From Longimicrobiales bacterium (lineage in GTDB: Bacteria; Gemmatimonadota; Gemmatimonadetes; Longimicrobiales; Gaopeijiaceae), in NCBI GenBank assembly GCA_965204735.1, contig OZ242008.1:3232001-3296000 (forward strand): 64,000 nt of DNA. The letters run 5' to 3'. Position numbers and translations under genes: made by a program. Numbering within the stretch: position 1 is the stretch's first letter; each line of letters starts with the position of its first letter. Below, in pieces: positions 1-9,667 of this stretch. Under the pieces are notes generated by a model. The model made no database searches. It saw only the letters and a program-made list of their open reading frames with translations, and had not been told where the DNA came from.

Positions 1-1392
1 CAGACGGGCCAAGCGCATGTCGAGGATGGCCCTGGCCTGGCGCTCCGAGAGAGCGAAGGCCTTGCGCAGGCTCACCGCCGCCTCGGCCGCGTCCTGGGAC
101 GCCCGGACGATCCGCACCACCTCGTCGATGTTGTCCACGGCGGTGCGGAGACCTTCCAGGATGTGTTCCCGCTCCTGGGCCGCCGCCAAGTCGAACTCGC
201 TGCGCCTCACCACGACGTCGTGACGGTGATGGAGGAAGTGGGCCAGCATGTCGAGGAGGGGCATCACCTTGGGGACGCCGTCCACCAGCGCCAGAAGGAT
301 GACGCCGAAGGTGGACTGCATCTGGGTGTGCTTGTAGAGGCGGTTCAGGACCACGTGGGGCACCGCTTCCCGCTTCAGCTCGACGACGATCCGCATCCCG
401 TCCCGGTCCGACTCGTCCCGCAGGTCGCGGATGGAGGTGATCCGCTTCTCCCGCGCGAGGGCGGCGATCTGCTCGATGAGGCGAGACTTGTTCACCATGA
501 AGGGGATCTCTTCGACGACGATCCGGTCCGGTCCGTCGTCGTGTTCCTCCACCACGGCCTTGGCCCGCAGGACGATCCGGCCCCGACCTGTTCGATACGC
601 TTCGCGGACTCCCCTTAGGCCGCAGACGTAGCCGCCGGTGGGGAAGTCGGGAGCTGGGATGAGCTCGCGCAGCCGGCTCCTCATGGCCGACTTGCGCCCT
701 GTCTGGAAGAGGTCGAACGCTTCCTCCGAGCGCGCCGGACGGCCCCGGACGATCGCCTCCACGTCGCCCCAGGGCATCTCGTCGATCACCGCGACCAAGC
801 CGTCCACCACTTCCCGCAGGTTGTGGGGCGGGATGTTGGTGGCCATCCCCACGGCGATTCCCGAGGACCCGTTGACCAGAAGGTTGGGCGCCTTGGAAGG
901 GAGGACCGACGGCTCCTGGAGGCGGCCGTCGAAGTTCTCGTCGAAGCGGACCGTCTCCTTGTCGATGTCCGCCAGCAGCTCCATGGAAAGGCGGTGGAGC
1001 CGGGCCTCCGTGTAGCGGTAGGCCGCCGCCGAGTCGCCGTCGATGGAGCCGAAGTTGCCCTGGCCGTCGACGAGGGGGTAGCGGAGGGAGAAGTCCTGCA
1101 CCATCCGCACCAGGGCGTCGTACACCGCCGAGTCGCCGTGGGGGTGGTACTTGCCCAGCACCTCGCCCACCACGGTTGCACACTTCTTGTAGGCGCGTCC
1201 GGGGGAGAGTCCCAGCTCGGACATGGCGTAGAGGATGCGCCTGTGAACGGGCTTGAGGCCGTCCCGGACGTCGGGCAGGGCGCGCTGCACGTTCACGCTC
1301 ATCGAGTAGTCGATGAACGACTCGCGCATCTCCTGCTCCAGAATGCGCTCGAGGACCCGTTCGCCGGGACCGCTTGGGGGGTGGTCGGCCAT
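1..1392 (-). CDS. gyrA: DNA gyrase subunit A (N-terminal part; runs off the window start)
   Basis: Manual translation from ATG 1392: [83 protein letters not shown]. Missing from the ORF track because the stop lies outside the window. Confidence 0.93.
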   Translation of the reverse strand, partial: MADHPPSGPGERVLERILEQEMRESFIDYSMSVNVQRALPDVRDGLKPVHRRILYAMSELGLSPGRAYKKCATVVGEVLGKYHPHGDSAVYDALVRMVQDFSLRYPLVDGQGNFGSIDGDSAAAYRYTEARLHRLSMELLADIDKETVRFDENFDGRLQEPSVLPSKAPNLLVNGSSGIAVGMATNIPPHNLREVVDGLVAVIDEMPWGDVEAIVRGRPARSEEAFDLFQTGRKSAMRSRLRELIPAPDFPTGGYVCGLRGVREAYRTGRGRIVLRAKAVVEEHDDGPDRIVVEEIPFMVNKSRLIEQIAALAREKRITSIRDLRDESDRDGMRIVVELKREAVPHVVLNRLYKHTQMQSTFGVILLALVDGVPKVMPLLDMLAHFLHHRHDVVVRRSEFDLAAAQEREHILEGLRTAVDNIDEVVRIVRASQDAAEAAVSLRKAFALSERQARAILDMRLARL

Positions 1393-1502
1393 GCGATTCT
1401 TCGGGAGTGAGGAAGGGTTCCGGCGAGAGCGGCCCGACAGTCGGCCCCAGGCAGGCCGAAGCGCCGAAACTCATTGAAGGATAATGGTTTTCCGGGGCCG
1501 GC

Positions 1503-2561
1503 TCAAGCCATGGCGACGAACTCCCGGCCCTCCTCCAGGCCTGCCCGCGAAGCCGCTTGCCGCACCGCCCGTCGGCCTTCGCGGCGCGCCACCGCGCCGA
1601 CGTGCAGGACGGCCCCGCAGGCGTGGGCTCCGGCGGCGTCCAGGACCGGCGCGCCGTGGATCCGCTGGCCGATCTTCCGGCGGTCCACCTCCACGAAGCC
1701 GGTCACTGCCACCCCCTGGCGCAGGAACTCCAGGGCGAGCCGCTTGCCGGTGGGACCCGCACCCCAAACCACGACGCCTTCCTTGCCGGCGAGGAGGCTG
1801 CGGCGGAGGTGGTGGACCCGGCACGCCCGGAAGGCGTCGAGGGAGTAGGTCGGGTGGGAGCGGCTGAGGCGGTCCGGGCCGTGGCGCCAGGCCAGCAGCG
1901 CTCGGGGAACCGAGGCGAAGCGTCGACCGGCGCGCCACAGGCGGAGGAGGAGGTCGTAGTCCTCCGGCCATCCCCGGTCTCGGTAGCCGCCGACGGAAGC
2001 CAGGGCTTCGGCGCGGAACATGAATGACGGGTGGGCCAAGGGGCACTCCACGAAGACGTTGGCCGCCACCGTCTTCCACTCGGTCATGGCGTTCAGCCAG
2101 GCGGCGTACTCGGCGGCCCGCTTGGTCACGGCGGAATCCGGGAAGCAGCGCACCTGGGCGCCGCAGCCGGCCAGTCCGGTGCGCCGGAGAAACTCCAGCT
2201 GGACCGCCAGCCTCTCGCGACGGCAGAGGTCGTCGGCGTCCATCCGGGCGACGATCGGCGCACGGGCCGCCGCCACGCCGCGCCGGAGGGCGGGGACGAT
2301 CCCCCTGCCGGGGTTTGCAAGAGCTCGAAAGCGCCGGTCGCGGGCCGTCCACTTCCGCAGGATCCGAGGGGTCGCGTCGGCGGAGCCGTCGTCGACGACC
2401 ACGACCTCGAACTCGCGGAGGGTCTGGCGGGCCAGGGACTCCAGAGCCGCGTCCAAGGTGGCGGCGCCGTCCCGGACTGGGAGGACCACCGAGACCTGGG
2501 GACGGCCGGCGGTCGGCGGCTTGCGCGAGGCGGGCCGGTCGGCCGGCTGGGCGCGGCTCAA
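1503..2561 (-). CDS. Glycosyltransferase family 2 with a C-terminal Rossmann-like segment
   Basis: C-terminal part of ORF 1503..5237: VSVVLPVRD, VVVDDGS, ARMDADD, EDYDLLLR, VWGAGPTGK. Start placed at the TTG overlapping the uvrA stop; start uncertain. Confidence 0.85.
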   Translation of the reverse strand: MSRAQPADRPASRKPPTAGRPQVSVVLPVRDGAATLDAALESLARQTLREFEVVVVDDGSADATPRILRKWTARDRRFRALANPGRGIVPALRRGVAAARAPIVARMDADDLCRRERLAVQLEFLRRTGLAGCGAQVRCFPDSAVTKRAAEYAAWLNAMTEWKTVAANVFVECPLAHPSFMFRAEALASVGGYRDRGWPEDYDLLLRLWRAGRRFASVPRALLAWRHGPDRLSRSHPTYSLDAFRACRVHHLRRSLLAGKEGVVVWGAGPTGKRLALEFLRQGVAVTGFVEVDRRKIGQRIHGAPVLDAAGAHACGAVLHVGAVARREGRRAVRQAASRAGLEEGREFVAMA

Positions 2562-5500
2562 GGGCGGCCGGCTTGCCGACCTGCGGGGGCGGGCGAGCCG
2601 GGGGCCGCCGGCGACCGAGACGCGTCCAGCGCGCCCCGGAGGTACCGACCCGTGACGCTCGCGGGCGTCCGGGCCACCTCTTCCGGGCGGCCCGTCGCCA
2701 CCACTCGGCCGCCCTTCGCCCCTGCGCCCGGTCCCATGTCCACCACCCAGTCGGCCGCCGCCACCACGTCCAGGTCGTGCTCCACCACCACCAGCGTGTT
2801 GCCCGCGTCCACCAGCCTGCGCAGCACCCCGTTCAGCTGCGCCACGTCTTCGCCCGAAAGGCCCGTGGTGGGTTCGTCGAGGATGTAGAGCTTGCGCCCC
2901 GCGGACTTGGCGCCGCCGATCAGCTCCCGGGCGATCTTGAGGCGCTGGGCCTCGCCCCCCGAGAGCGTCGTGGCGGGCTGTCCCAGGCGCAGGTAGCCCA
3001 AGCCGGCCTGCTGAAGGTGCCAGAGGGCTTGGCCCAGCTTCCGTTCCCGGATGAAGAAGCGCATCGCCCGATCCACCGTGAGCCCCAGCACCGCGCTCAC
3101 GTCCATGCCGCGCACCTTCACGTCCAGCACTTCGGGACGGTACCGCTTCCCCCCGCACAGCTCGCACGGAACGTGGACGTCGGCCATGAAGACCATCTCC
3201 ACCGCCACGTGGCCGGCGCCCTTGCACGCCTCGCAGCGTCCTCCCTCCACGTTGAAGGAGAAGGCGCCGGGAGCGAGCCCGGCGGAGGCGGCGGCGGGCT
3301 GGGCGGCAAAGAGGCGGCGCACTTCGCCCCACGCCTTCACGTAGGTCACGGGGTTCGAGCGGGGAGTGCGTCCGATCGGGCTCTGGTCCACCAGAACCAC
3401 CCCGGCCAGGTGCTCGTGGCCGGTGAGGGACCGGAAGTCGCCCACGGCTTCGCCCATGTGCTCCTTGGCCGTCGTCTCGCCCCCGCCGAGCGTCCGTTCC
3501 AGGGCTCGGTAGAGCACGTCGTGGACAAGGGTGGACTTCCCCGAGCCCGACACCCCGGTCACCACGGTCATCGCGCCGACGGGGAACTCGACATCCACGC
3601 CTTGAAGGTTGTGGAGGTCTGCGCCCTCGAGGCGGAGGCGGGGCAGGTCGATCAGCCTGCGACGGGGCGGCGGTGCGGCGCGGAACCGGCCCGAGAGGGA
3701 ACGTCCGGCGCTGGTCTCGGCGGAGAGGAGGGCCGCGGGCGGGCCTTGGAAGACCACTTCCCCGCCGCCCTCGCCAGCGCCCGGGCCCAGCTCCACGACG
3801 TGGTCGGCCGCTTCCACCGCCGCGGCGTGATGCTCCACCACGACCACCGTGCTGCCGGCGTCCCTGAGGCGCGCCAGCACTCTCATCAGCGCGCCCACGT
3901 CCCGGGGGTGGAGCCCGATGGAGGGCTCGTCCAGCACGTAGAGGGTGTCCACCAGGGTCGAGCCCAAGGAGTTGGCCAGGGCAATGCGCTGCGCCTCGCC
4001 GCCGGAAACGGTCCGCATCTGCCGGTTCAGCGAGAGGTAGCCCAGCCCCACGTCCAGCAGGAAGCCGACGCGGGCCGACAGCTCCTGGAGGATCGTGGCC
4101 GCCACCCGGGCCTCCATGGGCCGCAGCTCCAGCCCGGCGAGCCACGCGCGAAGGTCTTCCAGGGGCATCGCCGACGCCGAAGCGATCTCCCGACCGCCGA
4201 CGCGCACTTGCCTGGCCTCCGGCTTGAGCCGCGTCCCGTCGCACGCCGGACAGCGGCTCGGACGCTGGTAGCGGCGGAGGAAGACCCGGATGTACGCGCG
4301 GTAGCGCTTGCGTTCCTTCGAGACGAGGAAGTCCATCACCCCCTGGAAGGACTCCGTTCCGTAGAGCACGGCGTCCCGGAAGGGCTGGGACAGCGCCCGC
4401 CACGGGGCGGTTGGCGAGACTCCTTCCCGGGCGGCGAAGCGACGAAGCGCGTTGCGCTCCCGGGAGTAGCGGGGCTGTGCCCAGGGATCCACGGCGCCCT
4501 CCTCCAGCGACCGGTCCTCGTTGGGGACCACCAGGGTCGGATCGTACTCCAGCGTCTCGCCGAAGCCGCTGCACCTGGGGCAGCTGCCGTAGGGGTTGTT
4601 GAACGAGAAGAGGCGCGGGGCGGGCTCGAGGAAGGTCGTCTTGGGGTGGCGGGGACAGCGAAAGCGCTCGGTGAAGCGCATCTCCTCGCCGGGGGCGGCG
4701 CCCGGGCGAAGAACGACCGCTTCGCCCTCGCCCTCCCGGAAGCAGGTGGTCAGGGAGTCGGCCAAGCGCTCCCGCCACTCGGCGGAGCACGCCTGTGGAA
4801 CCTTGACCCGATCCACGACCACGAGCGCCTCCCGGGCCGTCGCCAAGTCCAGGGGCGCCGTCGGCGGAGTCGTCGCGCAGCCGCCGGAGCGCCTTGGAGC
4901 GCCCGAGCCTCCGGAGGCGTCGGAACCGCCCCGGCCCGAGTCCGTCGCGTCCCCGACGTCCACTGCGACGTTGCGACGACGCGGGTCTCCATCGACGACG
5001 CCCCGGCCCGACTCTCCCGCGTCCCCGACGTCCACCGCGTTCGCGACGTCCACTTCGACTCCGTCGGCCAGCGCCCTCACGAAGCCCATCGCCCGCAGGT
5101 TCCGCGCCAGCTCGCGGTGGGACACTCGCCCGCTCCTGGCCAGCGGGAACGCGACCATCAGGCGGGTCCCCGGCGCCACCTCGGCGATCCGGTCCACGGC
5201 GCCTCCCACCGAGTCGGGGCGCACTTCGTCGTCGCACTCGGGGCAGTGGGTGCGGCCGGCACGGGCGTAGAGGAGCCGCAGATAGTCGTACACCTCGGTG
5301 GCGGTGCCCACGGTGGACCGACTGCTCGTGGTCCGGTTCCTCTGCTCGATCGCCACCGCCGGCGAGAGCCCCTCGATCCGGTCCACGTCGGGCTTCTGCA
5401 GCCGGTCCAGGAACTGCTTGGCGTAGGTGGAGAGGGATTCCACGTAGCGCCTTTGCCCCGCGGCGAAGAGGGTGTCGAGCGCAAGGGAGGACTTGCCCGA

Positions 5501-5605
5501 TCCGGAACGGCCCGTGATCACCGTGAGGGCGTTGCGGGGCAGGTCCAGGTCGATCTCCTTCAGGTTGTGCTGCCGGGCGCCCCTGATCCGTATCGGTCGG
5601 TTCAT
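2558..5605 (-). CDS. uvrA: Excinuclease ABC subunit A
   Basis: GARQHNLK, two Walker A motifs (GRSGSGKS, GVSGSGKS), GQRRYVESLS, CxxC zinc motifs, VSGGEAQR and LSGGEAQR signatures, LDEPS and LDEPT Walker B motifs. Confidence 0.95.
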   Translation of the reverse strand: MNRPIRIRGARQHNLKEIDLDLPRNALTVITGRSGSGKSSLALDTLFAAGQRRYVESLSTYAKQFLDRLQKPDVDRIEGLSPAVAIEQRNRTTSSRSTVGTATEVYDYLRLLYARAGRTHCPECDDEVRPDSVGGAVDRIAEVAPGTRLMVAFPLARSGRVSHRELARNLRAMGFVRALADGVEVDVANAVDVGDAGESGRGVVDGDPRRRNVAVDVGDATDSGRGGSDASGGSGAPRRSGGCATTPPTAPLDLATAREALVVVDRVKVPQACSAEWRERLADSLTTCFREGEGEAVVLRPGAAPGEEMRFTERFRCPRHPKTTFLEPAPRLFSFNNPYGSCPRCSGFGETLEYDPTLVVPNEDRSLEEGAVDPWAQPRYSRERNALRRFAAREGVSPTAPWRALSQPFRDAVLYGTESFQGVMDFLVSKERKRYRAYIRVFLRRYQRPSRCPACDGTRLKPEARQVRVGGREIASASAMPLEDLRAWLAGLELRPMEARVAATILQELSARVGFLLDVGLGYLSLNRQMRTVSGGEAQRIALANSLGSTLVDTLYVLDEPSIGLHPRDVGALMRVLARLRDAGSTVVVVEHHAAAVEAADHVVELGPGAGEGGGEVVFQGPPAALLSAETSAGRSLSGRFRAAPPPRRRLIDLPRLRLEGADLHNLQGVDVEFPVGAMTVVTGVSGSGKSTLVHDVLYRALERTLGGGETTAKEHMGEAVGDFRSLTGHEHLAGVVLVDQSPIGRTPRSNPVTYVKAWGEVRRLFAAQPAAASAGLAPGAFSFNVEGGRCEACKGAGHVAVEMVFMADVHVPCELCGGKRYRPEVLDVKVRGMDVSAVLGLTVDRAMRFFIRERKLGQALWHLQQAGLGYLRLGQPATTLSGGEAQRLKIARELIGGAKSAGRKLYILDEPTTGLSGEDVAQLNGVLRRLVDAGNTLVVVEHDLDVVAAADWVVDMGPGAGAKGGRVVATGRPEEVARTPASVTGRYLRGALDASRSPAAPGSPAPAGRQAGRP
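4928..5039. repeat. Imperfect ~40-nt direct repeat, 72-nt period, in frame within uvrA
   Basis: gccccggcccga...cgcgtccccgacgtccac starts at 4928 and 5000; encodes AVDVGDAGESGRG and AVDVGDATDSGRG. Confidence 0.85.
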
Positions 5606-5671
5606 TACGGGAGACTACAACCGGCCCGGCGCCGTTGCCACGCTCCCGCCTTTCTCCGACTCTCCATTGTC

Positions 5672-6763
5672 ATGGACTGCTTCCCTCGTCGAGACTACCG
5701 AAAGCTGGGCCGCTACCTGCCGGACACCTCGCCGGTGGACGCGGACCTGAGCGACAACCGCAACCTTTGGGGCGCCCATCCGGCGGCCCTGGAGACGCTG
5801 GCGGCGTCCGGGTCGTCCTCGGCCTCCGAGTACCCGGAGGCTTACGGGGAGGACCTGGCGGAGGCGGTGGCGGAGAGCCTGGGCGTCTCGCCGGACCATG
5901 TGGCGACGGGCGCGGGGGGCACCGGCGTGCTGGACGCCCTCATGCGCGCCGTGGCGCCCACGACGATGCGCTTCCTCGACCCGGGCTGGCCGGCCGCCGC
6001 CATGCTGGCGCGAATGAACGGCCACGAGCCCGTGGCGACGCCGTGGGGGGCGGGCCTCGACGATCCCGTCGCGTTCGCCGGCGACGAGCCCGCCATCGTG
6101 TTCGCGGCCAACCCGAGCAACCCGACGGGCCGCGCGCTTCCCGACGAATGGGTCGCCGCCGTGCAGGAGCGCACCGAGGCCGCAGGGAGCGTCTTGATCG
6201 TGGACGAGGCCTACGGCGAGTACAACCGGGGCGTCGGCGACCGGACGCCCTTCGACTTGGCGCTCTCGGCGGAGCGCACGCTGTGCGTGAAGACGTTCTC
6301 GAAAGCCTACGGGCTGGCGGGAATGCGCGCCGGCTACGGAGTCGGGAGCCCTGCGCTCGTGCTGGAGGTGGACAAGGCCCGGGGTCCATTCGCGGTGAGC
6401 GCGGTGTCGAGCGCGGCGGCAGCCGCGGCCTACCGCAGCACGTCGCCTTGGCTGGCCGACACCGTGGCCGAGACGAGGGCCAACCGGGAGTGGCTGCTGG
6501 CCCGCTTGGCCGCCGGCGGCCACTCCGCGCCCCCTTCCGCCGCCAACTTCGTCTTCGTGACGCTGCCGCCCGACCAAGTGGCGCCCGCGGCGCGGGGGCT
6601 GGAGGAACGGGGCGTGCGGGTGCGCCCCTTCGCGGGCTTGCCGGAGGGCACCGGGCTGCGCGCGACGGTGGGCCGACGGGAGCAGATGGAGCGGCTGGCG
6701 GACGGGCTGGACGCCGTGACGGGAGCGGGCGGGGCGTCGACCGGGCGGCGATGTCCGAACTGA
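5672..6763 (+). CDS. Class I/II PLP aminotransferase, histidinol-phosphate aminotransferase-like
   Basis: C-terminal part of ORF 2024..6763 from ATG 5672: ANPSNPTG, IVDEAYGEY, KTFSKAYGLAGMRAGY, SAANFV. Confidence 0.85.
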   Translation: MDCFPRRDYRKLGRYLPDTSPVDADLSDNRNLWGAHPAALETLAASGSSSASEYPEAYGEDLAEAVAESLGVSPDHVATGAGGTGVLDALMRAVAPTTMRFLDPGWPAAAMLARMNGHEPVATPWGAGLDDPVAFAGDEPAIVFAANPSNPTGRALPDEWVAAVQERTEAAGSVLIVDEAYGEYNRGVGDRTPFDLALSAERTLCVKTFSKAYGLAGMRAGYGVGSPALVLEVDKARGPFAVSAVSSAAAAAAYRSTSPWLADTVAETRANREWLLARLAAGGHSAPPSAANFVFVTLPPDQVAPAARGLEERGVRVRPFAGLPEGTGLRATVGRREQMERLADGLDAVTGAGGASTGRRCPN

Positions 6764-8586
6764 CGACCGGGTACGAAGAAGAGGTACTGGGCAAGGCGTA
6801 CGACTCGCGGCTCATGGCCCGGCTCCTACGCTTCCTGGGGCCGTACAGATGGCAGGTGGCGGCGGCGGTCGGCTTCCTCATGCTGGCTTCGGCGCTGGCG
6901 ATGGTGGGTCCCTACCTGACCAAGGTCGCTCTCGACGAGGCCGTCCCTCGCAGCGACGGCCGCTTGCTGGCGGTCCTGGCGGCGCTCTACGCCGGAGCGA
7001 CCGTGCTCGCCTTCGTCCTCCAGTACGCCCAAGCGCTGGTCACCACGTGGCTGGGTCAGCGGGTCATGTACGACATCCGCGCGCAGATCTTCGCCAAGCT
7101 TCAGCGGCTCGACCTGCCGTTCTACGACAGGAACCCGGTGGGGCGGCTCATGACCCGGATCACCTCGGACGTGGAGACGCTGAACGAGCTCTTCGGCTCC
7201 GGGGTGGTCACGGTGTTCGGCGACCTGTTCATCTTGGTGTTCATCGTGGCGGCGATGCTCTGGATGGACGCGGGGCTGGCCCTCGTCACCTTCAGCGTCC
7301 TGCCGTTCGTGGTGTGGGCCGCCTTCGTGTTCCGCACTCGGATCCGCAGCGCCTATCGGGAGATCCGCGTGCGCCTGGCCCGCCTGAACGCTTTCCTGCA
7401 GGAGCGCTTCACCGGGATCGCGGTGGTTCAGCTCTTCAACCGCGAGCGGGCCGACACGGAGCGCTTCAAGTCCCTGAACGACGACTACTTGGCCGCGCAC
7501 CTCCGCTCGATCACCTACTACGCCCTCTTCTTTCCCGTCGTGCAGGTCTTCACGTCCGTGGCGCTGGCGCTGATCGTGTGGTACGGCGGCGGGCGCTACG
7601 TGCAAGGGGCGGTCACGATCGGCGTGCTGGCGGCGTTCCTCGACTACGCGCGACGGTTCTTTCGGCCGATTCAGGACCTGTCGGACAAGTACAACCTGCT
7701 CCAGGGCGCCATGGCGTCGTCGGAGCGGGTCTTCCGGCTGCTGGACCGCGAGCCTGCGATCGAGGACCCGCCCGACCCGCTCGACTTCCCTGGGGACGCG
7801 CCCGGCGAGATTCGGTTCGAGCACGTGTGGTTCGCATACGGCGGCGACTCGGACGGATCGGACCCGGAGTGGGTGGTGAAGGACCTTTCGTTCACGGTGG
7901 CGCCCGGCGAAAGAGTGGCGATCGTGGGCCACACCGGAGCCGGCAAGACCACCGTGATCAACCTTCTCATGCGCTTCTACGACGCCCAGAGGGGCCGGGT
8001 GCTGGTGGACGGCGTTCCGGTGAGCCGCTTGCGGCTGGCGGAGCTGCGTGACCGGATCGGCCTCGTGCTGCAGGACGTCTTCCTCTTCAGCCAGTCGGTC
8101 GAGTACAACGTGAAGCTCGGCTCGGAGGAGATCGGCGAAGAGGCGGTGGGCCGGGCCTTGGCCGCGGTCGGTGCCGAGCCCTTGGTCCGCCGGCTGCCCG
8201 GGGGTCGCGGCCAGCAGCTGGGGGAGAGGGGCGCCGGCCTCTCGGTGGGAGAGCGGCAACTGCTTTCCTTCGCCCGGGCCCTGGCCTTCGACCCGGCCGT
8301 CCTCGTGCTGGACGAAGCCACCAGCTCGGTGGACTCGGAGATCGAAGCCCGGATCCAGGAGGCGACCGATCGACTGATGGAGGGACGCACCTGCCTGGTC
8401 GTGGCCCACCGACTCTCGACGATCCAGGGCGCCGATCGGATCCTGGTCATGCACCAGGGAAGACTCGTCGAGGAAGGCGCCCACGAGGAGCTGCTGGCGG
8501 CAGGTGGACTCTATCGCCGGCTCTACGAACTCCAGTTCGCGGGCGCGGCCGGGGCCGACGCGCTGTCCGGATCGACGGAGCGTTGA
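6751..8586 (+). CDS. ABC exporter, fused permease/ATP-binding (MsbA/MdlB-like)
   Basis: N-terminal TM helices, GHTGAGKT, LSVGERQ, VLDEATS, AHRLST. ATG 6751 overlaps the upstream gene end. Confidence 0.92.
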   Translation: MSELTTGYEEEVLGKAYDSRLMARLLRFLGPYRWQVAAAVGFLMLASALAMVGPYLTKVALDEAVPRSDGRLLAVLAALYAGATVLAFVLQYAQALVTTWLGQRVMYDIRAQIFAKLQRLDLPFYDRNPVGRLMTRITSDVETLNELFGSGVVTVFGDLFILVFIVAAMLWMDAGLALVTFSVLPFVVWAAFVFRTRIRSAYREIRVRLARLNAFLQERFTGIAVVQLFNRERADTERFKSLNDDYLAAHLRSITYYALFFPVVQVFTSVALALIVWYGGGRYVQGAVTIGVLAAFLDYARRFFRPIQDLSDKYNLLQGAMASSERVFRLLDREPAIEDPPDPLDFPGDAPGEIRFEHVWFAYGGDSDGSDPEWVVKDLSFTVAPGERVAIVGHTGAGKTTVINLLMRFYDAQRGRVLVDGVPVSRLRLAELRDRIGLVLQDVFLFSQSVEYNVKLGSEEIGEEAVGRALAAVGAEPLVRRLPGGRGQQLGERGAGLSVGERQLLSFARALAFDPAVLVLDEATSSVDSEIEARIQEATDRLMEGRTCLVVAHRLSTIQGADRILVMHQGRLVEEGAHEELLAAGGLYRRLYELQFAGAAGADALSGSTER

Positions 8587-8674
8587 CCGCCTCCTGCGCA
8601 ACCGCGTCGCATCCCCAGCCTGACCCGGCCTCGTGCAGATGGAGCCGCCGAACGGCTCGGCTTCTTGCTCTAGC

Positions 8675-9103
8675 CTAGCGAGCTCCGCCTATCGGCCCGC
8701 CCTCCTTGGTCTGGCCCGTGACGGCGAGCGCGATCGCAACCGACCCGCCCAAGATCACCGCGCCGACGATCAGCGACGTCCGGGCGCCGTCGAACTCCCG
8801 CGCGATCACTTCGCTCACGTCGGCCAAGGGGAACGACACCGTCTCCACGCGGCCGCGACCTTCCTCTCCCTGGACCGTCACCGCTCCCGTGACGGTCAAC
8901 GACGTCTCGGACCAGACGACCGCCTCCACGCCGGAAAACTCGAAGACCTCGCGGGCGGGACCCTCGCCCAGCACCACGCCGCGCACGTCCATGCCCTCCC
9001 TTGCTCCCGGGGGCGGGAGGGACCGGACGGCGACCGAGTGGCAGCTGGAGGCCAGGAACGCCGCCGCCACCGGCGCCACCAGAGAGGCGCGGTGCTTTCT
9101 CAT
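8675..9103 (-). CDS. Hypothetical lipoprotein with a C-terminal hydrophobic helix
   Basis: MRKHRASLVAPVAAAFLASSC signal/lipobox-like start; C-terminal TSLIVGAVILGGSVAIALAV. Confidence 0.6.
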   Translation of the reverse strand: MRKHRASLVAPVAAAFLASSCHSVAVRSLPPPGAREGMDVRGVVLGEGPAREVFEFSGVEAVVWSETSLTVTGAVTVQGEEGRGRVETVSFPLADVSEVIAREFDGARTSLIVGAVILGGSVAIALAVTGQTKEGGPIGGAR

Positions 9104-9262
9104 CGGGGTCCTCGGGTCTATGTTGACGTTGGAGCGGCCGGGCGGTCCGAACGCTGGGGACCGTGGCGCGGCCGTCGCGAAGGTTCCCGGGAGAAAGTGA
9201 AGCGATCTGCCGGGCGTCGCAAACGCCGGCCCGGCGTGCCCGGCAGGAAGAAGGGGACCACC

Positions 9263-9667
9263 ATGGAGTCGCGCACCGATCTCTTTGCGGCCGTCGCCTG
9301 CGGCCTCGTCGTCGTGCTCCTGGCGGCGTGCGTCTCGTCGAGCGAAGCCGGAGGCGCCAGCCGATCCCGCGACCTGATCACGGTGGAGGAGCTGATGGAA
9401 GTGCCCCACAGCTCGGTGTACGAAGCCGTGCGGGCGCTGCGGCCGCGCTGGCTCCAAGCTCGCGCCGGGGCTTCCATGCGCAACCCCCGGCGAGAAACGC
9501 CCCGGGTGTACATGGACGGCCAGCTCTTCGGCGGCGTCGCCGAGCTCTGGACGCTGCTTCCCGGCGAGGTCGGCGAAATCCGCTTCCTCAGTGCCAGCGA
9601 CGCCACCACCCGCTTCGGGACGAACCACTTTGCGGGCGCAATCGTCGTAACGACCCGTCGCCGTTGA
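9263..9667 (+). CDS. Small lipoprotein resembling a stand-alone TonB-dependent-receptor plug domain
   Basis: Purine-rich RBS (gaagaagggga); LLAAC lipobox; ITVEEL, YEAVRALRPRWL, VYMDG and GAIVVTTR resemble plug-domain motifs. Confidence 0.7.
   Translation: MESRTDLFAAVACGLVVVLLAACVSSSEAGGASRSRDLITVEELMEVPHSSVYEAVRALRPRWLQARAGASMRNPRRETPRVYMDGQLFGGVAELWTLLPGEVGEIRFLSASDATTRFGTNHFAGAIVVTTRRR

Noticed and set aside
661..780. Intein in GyrA
   Set aside because: The insertion is far too short and lacks Cys/Ser-start and His-Asn-end splicing motifs.
1115..1150. Quinolone-resistance substitution in GyrA
   Set aside because: HGDSAVYD keeps the Ser and Asp equivalent to E. coli positions 83 and 87.
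2024..5671. Very long ORF-track entries (1579 aa, 1438 aa, 1422 aa and similar) overlapping real genes
   Set aside because: Shadow frames of GC-rich genes: Arg/Gly/Pro-rich, without motifs. Only the motif-bearing portions were kept.
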